64,000 nucleotides of DNA from a virus, in IMG/VR virus record IMGVR_UViG_3300042923_000502, positions 96,001-160,000 of that record. One strand, given 5' to 3'. This document shows, piece by piece, positions 34,728-42,217 of this stretch (positions within the stretch are counted from its first letter, which is position 1; every line of letters starts with the position of its first letter). The notes beneath the pieces are model-generated. The model was not told the origin of the DNA. It saw only the letters and a list, made by a program, of their open reading frames with translations, and made no database searches. The translations under genes and the position numbers were made by a program.

Positions 34728-35320
34728 TGAAAACAAATAACACTTTATTCATTATTAGCGCTCCTTCTGGAAGTGGTAAGACATCTATCATGCGTAAGGT
34801 CATGGGTAACAAGCGAGAGATTCTTAGCTATACTACAAGACCAATGAGAGATAACGAAGAGGATGGCGTAGACTACAACTTCATCACGAAAGAACTTTTC
34901 GAAGCTATTGATGCTACAGGTGATATGATTGAGAAGACTCAATATCCGCCAAATGATCCTAATGGCAACTTCTATGGAGTGTCTTGGGATTCCGTTAAGT
35001 CTAAGCTTAAAAAAGGTGATGCATTTATCGTTGCAGATACACATGGTATGGAGCAATTGAAAGCAATTCACAACAATTGTGTAACTATCTGGATTTACAC
35101 TTCAAAAGATGATGCAATTGCCAATATGCTTACACGTGGAGATAGCTCTGAGAACATTAAGAAAAGAATGCAAACATTTGATTTAGAACAAACTAATCGT
35201 ACAAAGTATGATTACATTATCACTAACAATTATGGAAGAATGAAAGATACGATTAAAATCATCAAGGCAATTGTCAAAACGAAAAGAGGTAATAAGAATG
35301 GCTCTAGGAATTCAAAATAG
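34727..35320 (+). CDS. gmk: guanylate kinase
   Basis: SAPSGSGKTS; SYTTRPMRDNEEDGVDYNF. Confidence 0.9.
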   Translation: MKTNNTLFIISAPSGSGKTSIMRKVMGNKREILSYTTRPMRDNEEDGVDYNFITKELFEAIDATGDMIEKTQYPPNDPNGNFYGVSWDSVKSKLKKGDAFIVADTHGMEQLKAIHNNCVTIWIYTSKDDAIANMLTRGDSSENIKKRMQTFDLEQTNRTKYDYIITNNYGRMKDTIKIIKAIVKTKRGNKNGSRNSK

Positions 35321-35855
35321 AACTGATGGTTTTGCATTTGAAAAGTATTTCATGAAATACGTAGAACATCATGGATTTGAAGTTGAACGAAATGATAAAA
35401 ATGACTTAACAAGAGCTGACTTCATGTTACAAATTCCTGTTGATCCAAAAGTAAGAAAGTCTCCTTTCTTTTTGGCAATGAAGCATCACAGACTTGATCC
35501 TTCAAAATTGGTAACTATTGATCTTCCAAAGATTAATAGTTACCTCAAACATGGCAAGAATGCTTTTCTCCTTGTCTATGTCGATTATCGTCCTCACTTT
35601 GAAACAAGAGGATTGTATATCATATCAGCACGTAGAGTAAAAGAGATAAGTAAAACGTATCTACGAAGTGGTACACATATGGACAATGAGAAAAATAAGT
35701 TAATACCAAGAGCTTATATTAGTGTCGATGAAATGTGGAATGTTTCAAGATTTGCTAATTTAGATCGCATTGACGAATATCTTGAACAAACAGCGATTAA
35801 AGAAGAAGAAAAGAGGTTGAGAAGACTTGAGAAGCGCCAAAAATTATCAAGTTAA
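35298..35855 (+). CDS. hypothetical protein, possible degenerate PD-(D/E)XK fold
   Basis: GFAFE...ADF...AMK spacing; weak support. Confidence 0.55.
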   Translation: MALGIQNRTDGFAFEKYFMKYVEHHGFEVERNDKNDLTRADFMLQIPVDPKVRKSPFFLAMKHHRLDPSKLVTIDLPKINSYLKHGKNAFLLVYVDYRPHFETRGLYIISARRVKEISKTYLRSGTHMDNEKNKLIPRAYISVDEMWNVSRFANLDRIDEYLEQTAIKEEEKRLRRLEKRQKLSS

Positions 35856-36021
35856 ATATAATAATCATTATGAAACATGGATTGAAGCAAGGGCAAGCAA
35901 TTGGATGACGAAAGAAGAAGTAATAGACTATCTTAAAAATAGTAACAAGGTAAATTCCAAATATGCTAAAGACATAAGAGTGATCCAACATGTTGATGTA
36001 ACGCATGAATTTTACTCTTGA
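35827..36021 (+). CDS. hypothetical protein
   Basis: TTG start with AGAGG RBS. Confidence 0.55.
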   Translation: MRSAKNYQVKYNNHYETWIEARASNWMTKEEVIDYLKNSNKVNSKYAKDIRVIQHVDVTHEFYS

Positions 36022-36046
36022 CAAATATAAGATAAAATGATATAAT
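36018..36046 (+). promoter_or_regulatory. sigmaA promoter with box
   Basis: TTGACA-aatataagataaaatga-TATAAT. Confidence 0.85.
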
Positions 36047-36059
36047 AGTAATATATCCA

Positions 36060-36095
36060 AGGGGAGTCGCTAACGCGGCTTCTCTGTTTTTGTTT
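36060..36095 (+). terminator. promoter-proximal terminator-like hairpin
   Basis: AGGGGAGTCGC-taac-GCGGCTTCTCT followed by GTTTTTGTTT. Confidence 0.7.
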
Positions 36096-36119
36096 GTAGA
36101 ATAAAAGGAGAAAATAGTC

Positions 36120-36689
36120 ATGGAATTAAAGTTAAGAATACCTTTGCCAACGTCTTTAAATAAGTTGTATGTAAATCAGTATAAGTATAATGCACGTACA
36201 AAGAAGAATGAACCAACTGGTGCTAGAGTGTTAAGCAAGGAAGGAAAGTTGTCTAAAGCACTTATTCAAAAAGCCGCTAAAAATCAAATGAAAAAGCAGA
36301 AGTGGGATTATGAGTATACTAAGGATAATTACATATATTTAGATTCTATAATATACTTCAACAAAAAAGGGCGCGACGATAACAATCTGTATAAATTATT
36401 ATGTGATGCGCTAGAAAAAATTGTTTATGACAATGATAGTCGTGTTCTCATTAGAACAATGAAAATATTCTATGATGCTGAAAATCCACGTATGGAGCTT
36501 CATATTCATCCCGTAGAGTATATTGGAATCTTTGACGATCAATCTTGCTTAGATAAATTTGAAAGCGTTTGCAAGAATTGTAGTAGATACGCTAGAAATT
36601 GTTCGATCTTAAACAAAGCTAAGGAAGGTCGAATTCAAGAGGAAATTGATTCAACATTTACATGTTCTAAATTTAAAGAAAAGAAATAA
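36120..36689 (+). CDS. rusA: RusA-family Holliday junction resolvase with C-terminal Cys cluster
   Basis: PLPTSLN; RDDNNLYKLLCDAL...YDND. Confidence 0.85.
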   Translation: MELKLRIPLPTSLNKLYVNQYKYNARTKKNEPTGARVLSKEGKLSKALIQKAAKNQMKKQKWDYEYTKDNYIYLDSIIYFNKKGRDDNNLYKLLCDALEKIVYDNDSRVLIRTMKIFYDAENPRMELHIHPVEYIGIFDDQSCLDKFESVCKNCSRYARNCSILNKAKEGRIQEEIDSTFTCSKFKEKK

Positions 36690-36700
36690 ATAAAGGGAGA

Positions 36701-36764
36701 ATAAAGAATTAATAAAAAAGACGATATGCTAATTAGCATATCGTCTTTTTTATTAATTCTTTAT
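36701..36764. terminator. bidirectional terminator formed by a perfect 64-bp palindrome at the convergent arm junction
   Basis: ATAAAGAATTAATAAAAAAGACGATATGCTAA|TTAGCATATCGTCTTTTTTATTAATTCTTTAT. Confidence 0.85.
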
Positions 36765-37145
36765 GAGCTGATTAACGGCAGCTTCGATTCCAATCTCAAT
36801 CAGAGACTTGTTAGCATCAGTAAGTTCAAAGTTAAGCTTTTCTAATACGCCAATTGTTAACTTTACAGCTAACGCTTTCTTAACCTCTCCATTATCATTC
36901 ACACTAATTTGTTCTACATATTGGACAACCTTTTGACAAATGCCAAATACTGTATCAATTTGATTCTTTGTCTTGTCGTTCTCAAAGTCAATGTTTTGTA
37001 AAACAAGACCAATCAATTGTACAATTTGCTCTGCTGTGTCATTTGATGCCTTTGTTAAATATCCTTTCTTTTGAAGCCATGGAACACCAATGAATCCAAT
37101 TAAAAGAACTACAATTGCTACACCAATTATAATAGCCAATTCCAT
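36753..37145 (-). CDS. holin (LL-H-like)
   Basis: Single N-terminal TM; VQYVEQ...KKALA...IEAAV; lies downstream of the endolysin. Confidence 0.75.
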   Translation of the reverse strand: MELAIIIGVAIVVLLIGFIGVPWLQKKGYLTKASNDTAEQIVQLIGLVLQNIDFENDKTKNQIDTVFGICQKVVQYVEQISVNDNGEVKKALAVKLTIGVLEKLNFELTDANKSLIEIGIEAAVNQLIKN

Positions 37146-37160
37146 AATGTTTTATCCTCC

Positions 37161-37922
37161 TTATTTACCTTTCTTTACATCTTCTATTCTTGCATTAAGT
37201 CTCCGCATCATTTCAAAGAATAACCAATTTTGAGTTGATTCACCTAAACGTGGCAACCAATAGTCAGGACTATCAATCAATCCTTCCGCAACAAGCGTCT
37301 TAATTGCCGCTGTTCCGATTGTTTCTTGTGATTTTGTAATAGACACTTTACTTCCTCCTTCATTTGTAGGTACTTTAACAATTGGTGGATTCATCTCTTC
37401 GTTTACCGAAAGCTTAAAATTGTTCCACTCTAACGGATTATCAACATAGTATTTGTGACAATCCTTCCAATTAACAACTTCCTTATGTAGCCATAAATCC
37501 TTATAAGTAAGTCCATACTTCTTCAATAAAAAAGCAGCCAACTCTACGGTAGCATGAAAAGTTTCAAGTGTAGGCTTACCTGTTGCGTCTGGATGACACA
37601 TTTCAATTCCTATAGTGCAGTCATTGGGATATGAGCTAAGGCGACTTAGAGCGGCACTAGCATAAGGCTCTGTTGATCCTACATGATAAGCCATTTCATC
37701 ATATGGTAAACATTGAATGATTTCACCTTTTAATCCTACAATAAAATGAGCGCTACCAAAATTAGTCTTTCCTAATTTTCTATTCTCAAAGAAATTGCGA
37801 TTTGCAACTGCAGTACTCTTTGGATTTGCTACCCAATGTATAACAACTCCCTTAATTTTATTGACTTTTTTTTGTGGTCTAGACCATTTATTAGGAGTCA
37901 ATAACATTTGTGTAATATTCAT
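37161..37922 (-). CDS. endolysin, N-acetylmuramoyl-L-alanine amidase (Amidase_2)
   Basis: VIHW, SAHF, EMAYHVG, TIGIEMC, LHKE..KDC; C-terminal GLIDSPDYW. Confidence 0.9.
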   Translation of the reverse strand: MNITQMLLTPNKWSRPQKKVNKIKGVVIHWVANPKSTAVANRNFFENRKLGKTNFGSAHFIVGLKGEIIQCLPYDEMAYHVGSTEPYASAALSRLSSYPNDCTIGIEMCHPDATGKPTLETFHATVELAAFLLKKYGLTYKDLWLHKEVVNWKDCHKYYVDNPLEWNNFKLSVNEEMNPPIVKVPTNEGGSKVSITKSQETIGTAAIKTLVAEGLIDSPDYWLPRLGESTQNWLFFEMMRRLNARIEDVKKGK

Positions 37923-37928
37923 TTTATC

Positions 37929-38441
37929 TTACACCTCCTTTATCAATAATTCTTCTCTTATTCTTTCAGCGACAATTGCCGCTTCTTCAATAGTATCAAA
38001 GTTGCCAAAACTTTTTTGTTTTCTATCTACATTAAATATTACCTGCCATCTTTTTCCTCTAAGTCTAACATTTGGCACTCCAGATGTATTATTTTTTGAC
38101 TTTCTTCTATTTCTCTGATTTCCAGATGAAGATACAATACGTAGATTATCATTGGTATTATTCAATGTATCATGATTTATATGATCTACTAAATAACCGT
38201 CTTGTGCATCTGTGATAATGCGATGCAATTTCAATTTAGTTCCTTTTCTTCCTGTTCCTGCAAGATATCCAGTGGCATAATATTGGTTCATTTTAGGATC
38301 AAAATGAGCATACCATTTTACATCATAAGACATTAATCTTTCTAATTCTGATAAACTTATTAAAGTTTCTATGGTAGAACCATCTTTCTTGTCAAGGTAA
38401 ATTATTACTAACTCTCCGCTAATCACATATTTATTCTTCAT
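37929..38441 (-). CDS. HNH-AP2 homing endonuclease
   Basis: LHRII, VDHINHDTLNNTNDNLR, NNTSGV...W. Confidence 0.85.
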   Translation of the reverse strand: MKNKYVISGELVIIYLDKKDGSTIETLISLSELERLMSYDVKWYAHFDPKMNQYYATGYLAGTGRKGTKLKLHRIITDAQDGYLVDHINHDTLNNTNDNLRIVSSSGNQRNRRKSKNNTSGVPNVRLRGKRWQVIFNVDRKQKSFGNFDTIEEAAIVAERIREELLIKEV

Positions 38442-38454
38442 CCTTTAATCTCCT

Positions 38455-38745
38455 TTAAATCTTAAATTCTTCATTTGGACTTTCATTAGCTTCTTCAACA
38501 ATCTCTACATCAACATTCTTATTTTTAGTCTTTGTCCTGTCAACTATTGTGGCAACTCCATTAACAGCATTCACACCAGCTATAGCATATATAAGTGTTT
38601 CGGCTAATGAAAGAAAGTTGTCGGTTATATCTCCAAACATGAAATAGCCAAAAATAGATGACACAAGCACAGCTAAAAATCCAATTACAAGTGTACTCAC
38701 TTTAAATTCGTCTAATGAGAAACCGTGACGGAAAAACTTGAACAT
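38455..38745 (-). CDS. two-TM membrane protein in the lysis cassette (holin-like)
   Basis: Two hydrophobic segments, charged tail. Confidence 0.65.
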   Translation of the reverse strand: MFKFFRHGFSLDEFKVSTLVIGFLAVLVSSIFGYFMFGDITDNFLSLAETLIYAIAGVNAVNGVATIVDRTKTKNKNVDVEIVEEANESPNEEFKI

Positions 38746-38770
38746 CGTATCACCTCTTTTCTTTGTAAAA

Positions 38771-39064
38771 TTACTGAATCTTTATGCCAAAATATTCTGC
38801 TATCAAAGCAATAGCCAATGTAATAGCGAATCCCCAAGCCCATTTAGCATTAGCTTTCATGGATTTGATTTCCTCTTTGTTGGCTTGAGCAAGTGCAAAT
38901 GCTTCGTCTGATTTTCTAATAGCGTCATCAGCGGTATCAATTACAGCATCTACCTTATCTTCAAGTCTTTCGGCACGATTCAATTTTTCTTCGATACGTG
39001 TTACTCTATCTCTTACTTCATAGATCGCTTCCATTAATTCTTTTGTTGTATAATTTTCAGACAT
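38771..39064 (-). CDS. XhlA-like coiled-coil membrane lysis protein
   Basis: RVTRIEEKL coiled coil; C-terminal KWAWG TM. Confidence 0.7.
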   Translation of the reverse strand: MSENYTTKELMEAIYEVRDRVTRIEEKLNRAERLEDKVDAVIDTADDAIRKSDEAFALAQANKEEIKSMKANAKWAWGFAITLAIALIAEYFGIKIQ

Positions 39065-39086
39065 TTTCTACCCTCCATTGATTGTA

Positions 39087-39122
39087 ATAAAAAATAGGAG
39101 AGCGACACACCTATGCTCTCCT
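39087..39122 (-). terminator. promoter-proximal terminator upstream of the lysis cassette
   Basis: Minus strand AGGAGAGC-11nt-GCTCTCCT followed by ATTTTTT. Confidence 0.7.
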
Positions 39123-39131
39123 TTTACTGTA

Positions 39132-39160
39132 ATTATACCATTTTATCTGTCATTTGTCAA
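39132..39160 (-). promoter_or_regulatory. sigmaA promoter of the lysis cassette with box
   Basis: Minus strand TTGACA-aatgacagataaaatgg-TATAAT. Confidence 0.85.
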
Positions 39161-39176
39161 AGATTGGAAATGTCAA

Positions 39177-39311
39177 TTAAACTAAAGGATTTCCGTTGTC
39201 GTCTAATTCAAGAGCAAAAAGGTATTCATGCACAGCAACCTTCAACTTCTCAGGGACTTGATCAAAGGTCTTGAGTCCTTTGATGATAAGTGATGCGTAA
39301 ACTACAGCCAT
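39177..39311 (-). CDS. CD1375-family small protein
   Basis: MAVVYASLIIKGLKTFDQVP; GGAGGTG RBS. Confidence 0.8.
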   Translation of the reverse strand: MAVVYASLIIKGLKTFDQVPEKLKVAVHEYLFALELDDNGNPLV

Positions 39312-39369
39312 TATGTCACCTCCTTTCACAAGTTTCATACCAATATTTATTATGATTAACCCGAATTTA

Positions 39370-39474
39370 TTAAGCATTAGCCAACAACTCCAAAACTTCT
39401 GCTTTATGCTTTTCGGGAACATCCTCTATTGTTTTCAAACCTTTTCTAATTAAATCAGCATATATCTTTGCCAT
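39370..39474 (-). CDS. CD1375-family small protein, 34 aa (not in ORF track)
   Basis: MAKIYADLIRKGLKTIEDVPEKHKAEVLELLANA. Confidence 0.75.
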   Translation of the reverse strand: MAKIYADLIRKGLKTIEDVPEKHKAEVLELLANA

Positions 39475-39477
39475 TAA

Positions 39478-39951
39478 TTATTCCACCTCTTCTTCTGTAT
39501 CTTCTGTTGGTTCTATTGGCTCTACAATTGAAGGTTCCAAGGTTGGAGGTTCTTCAACTATAGGTTCATCAGGTTCTTCTGTTGCATCTTCTAACATGAT
39601 TGCATCCATTAGATTCAATAATAACTCATAAACATCCACTAAAGCTTGTTGTGTACTTGTTGATTCATCTTGAGCTTGTAATAATTGCTCATAAGTCTCA
39701 ATCAAGGCTATTTGAGTATTGATAAGCTCGTTTTTCAAGTATGCAACTTCATCGGAGACATGCGGTGTATTTGTGTCAATATTTTTCACTATCTCCCAAG
39801 CATCTTCCAACTCTTGTTGAGTTGGAATTGGATCACTTAAATTCCATTGCGATATATATTGACCTTTACCATCTCCATCATCTTGAACGATAAAATCAAA
39901 TATTGGATCAGAGTATGGGAAAAGATATTCAAGCGTTTTTCCTATGTTCAT
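39478..39951 (-). CDS. XkdW-family tail fibre chaperone
   Basis: DFIVQDDGDGKGQYISQWNLSDPIPTQQEL. Confidence 0.8.
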   Translation of the reverse strand: MNIGKTLEYLFPYSDPIFDFIVQDDGDGKGQYISQWNLSDPIPTQQELEDAWEIVKNIDTNTPHVSDEVAYLKNELINTQIALIETYEQLLQAQDESTSTQQALVDVYELLLNLMDAIMLEDATEEPDEPIVEEPPTLEPSIVEPIEPTEDTEEEVE

Positions 39952-39970
39952 TGTCTTATTCCTCCTTTTT

Positions 39971-42187
39971 TTATACTACACGTGCTCTATACCAACAATG
40001 ATTCCCGTCTGCTGGACTAGTGAGAGCTGAGCCGTATCCGTTGTATAGATAAAATTCAACATAATGACCAGCAACCACATCTGTTGCTGTGCTTACGAAA
40101 ATATTTGTATCACCAGCAGATCCAGTGCGTATACGTCCAACAATCTGATCTGGATTTCCGTTTTTATACATGCGGATTTGTAAGTCTATGCCTGCAGGAA
40201 CTCCAAGAAGACATAGGCACAAATCGAAATTATAGACGCCAGAATGATTTGGCGAAAATCTTCCTATAGACTCTGAATATTCATTTTGATAATCATAGTA
40301 CTGACTTCCAAATGCATTTACGATTTTTGTCCATGTCGCAGATGGGAACGATTGTGTTGTAGATGCTCCAGCACCAACACCTGACCTGTCCGTTGCGTTG
40401 TTACTTCCCCATGGATTTACTATTCCATCGCGGTCAGTGACAATGCCACCTTCATACGTGTTCATCTTTTTTGTGGAGCTTGTAATATTTCCTGCAACGT
40501 GAACTCTGCCACCGTATGCTGCTTGATAAGCTACAAAGTTACTTCCTCCCTTGCAATCTTGAGCAAGAATCTCTCCATTTGAATGAGCATAAATAGCTGC
40601 AGATGTTTTACTAGAAATTAAACAATCGTAAATATATATCTTAGCATTTTCAACATAAAAACCATATTCACCATTAGTATCAGTAGCACATTTTTCGAAA
40701 AATACTTCATTGCAATTTGTTGAATAAAATGGATTAACAGTATAAGTTGTTTTAAATCCTGTAAGCGTTATTCTACAAGAATTTCTTGCGATAACAACTT
40801 GACCTGAAACCGTATGAGTAGCTGGAGTTTCGGCATAAGAAGCAGCATTTATACTAACAGTTCCACTTCCATTAAATCCAACAATAGAGATGCCCTCGCT
40901 ATAAGAACCAGGATTTACAATTATAGTAACAGTATGATTTACTTGCTTTGGAATCATTGATAATGCTTTTGTTATTGTTTTTAATGCACCAGAAGTTCCA
41001 GCAGTTCTACCAGAGTTATTGTCGTTTCCATCTGTTCTAACATATAATGTCAAGTCCTCCGAAGTTTCTGTGGCAACTCTTGAAGAAGTTCCGAACTTAT
41101 CTTTTGTTAAAATTTTCCCTGTTAGATGGTCAACTTCAATACTTTTTACCCAAGAACTTCCACCATTAGGTTTGTAAGACAATGATGTTAATGGACTAGA
41201 TGCCCACACATTGAATGCCAATGAAATAGAAGCAAGTGAGGTGTCTTCATGCGAATTTGATCCATTTTCATTAACTCTAATCTGGTAGTCATACGCTGTC
41301 GAACGATAAGTTGATAGCCCAATCGTGTCAGAAGAATACTTATGGTAGAATCCTCTATTTGTAGAATTTGCCGTGAAAGAAGTTGCTTGAACATTTCCAG
41401 TATCACTAAATTGAATTGTATTACTCCAACTAAAATCAACAGCACCATTGCTTGTAGAAGCCGCAAATATAAGGTTATTACTTGCAGGATGATGCATAGT
41501 CCAACTCTTATATCCAGCAAGTCTTGCTGTTATAGGGTAATTCCCTGTGGTATTTAATCCACTAAATGTAGGTGTTGTAGATGTTAATAATGATTGATCA
41601 AAATGATAACCATCAACCATGTCAGCATTTAAGTTATCGCACATTGTTGTAGATGTAATATAAAAAGGCTTTCCCCCTTGACCAATTGTAGATGAAAATT
41701 GCTTTGCTACGATGTTTGCGTTAGTATCACGTGCTACAATTGTATTAGCGAAAGCTAATGTCGATGTGTCCATATCATCCAATAGATCAGCATTTAAATT
41801 TACAACTTTTGTAGTACTAGCAATGGTCATAGGTGCTATTCCAGTTGCAACAGAAGATTGAATTTGGTTGTAAACTAAGACAGCTCCTACGTTAGTTATT
41901 TTAAATATGTTTGTAGTCCCATTTTTTATGATACCAAATGGGAATAATCCTCCATCATTACTTGGAGCTGCTATTGACATTGCAAATCCATTGCTTCCCA
42001 AGTTTACAGGATCGCCAACTACGAAGCTATTAGCTCCGAAGCTGGCAACTCTTACCATTGTTCCGTCGTCATATATATTAGAGTTGACAAGTGTATTGCC
42101 ACTCATTTTTGTAATATAGTTATCATTAGCTCTTTTGCCTACTAATGGATAACCATTTATCGTACTTCCTCCAGCTAATTCAGCCAT
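39971..42187 (-). CDS. tail fibre / receptor-binding protein (beta-helix plus C1q-like C-terminus)
   Basis: NLNADxxD motifs; LYVRTDGNDNNSG...KTITKAL; C-terminal GRF.P..SGVY. Confidence 0.75.
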   Translation of the reverse strand: MAELAGGSTINGYPLVGKRANDNYITKMSGNTLVNSNIYDDGTMVRVASFGANSFVVGDPVNLGSNGFAMSIAAPSNDGGLFPFGIIKNGTTNIFKITNVGAVLVYNQIQSSVATGIAPMTIASTTKVVNLNADLLDDMDTSTLAFANTIVARDTNANIVAKQFSSTIGQGGKPFYITSTTMCDNLNADMVDGYHFDQSLLTSTTPTFSGLNTTGNYPITARLAGYKSWTMHHPASNNLIFAASTSNGAVDFSWSNTIQFSDTGNVQATSFTANSTNRGFYHKYSSDTIGLSTYRSTAYDYQIRVNENGSNSHEDTSLASISLAFNVWASSPLTSLSYKPNGGSSWVKSIEVDHLTGKILTKDKFGTSSRVATETSEDLTLYVRTDGNDNNSGRTAGTSGALKTITKALSMIPKQVNHTVTIIVNPGSYSEGISIVGFNGSGTVSINAASYAETPATHTVSGQVVIARNSCRITLTGFKTTYTVNPFYSTNCNEVFFEKCATDTNGEYGFYVENAKIYIYDCLISSKTSAAIYAHSNGEILAQDCKGGSNFVAYQAAYGGRVHVAGNITSSTKKMNTYEGGIVTDRDGIVNPWGSNNATDRSGVGAGASTTQSFPSATWTKIVNAFGSQYYDYQNEYSESIGRFSPNHSGVYNFDLCLCLLGVPAGIDLQIRMYKNGNPDQIVGRIRTGSAGDTNIFVSTATDVVAGHYVEFYLYNGYGSALTSPADGNHCWYRARVV

Positions 42188-42217
42188 TTATTCCACTCCT
42201 TTTATTATTATATAAAT

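Noticed and set aside
36701-36764. Protelomerase telRL site
   Set aside because: No protelomerase gene in the window, and the position between convergent genes with A/T tracts fits a terminator; not formally excluded
39177-39422. 81-aa ORF as called in the track
   Set aside because: Its 5' part overlaps the separate 39370-39474 gene; the strong RBS supports a start at 39311
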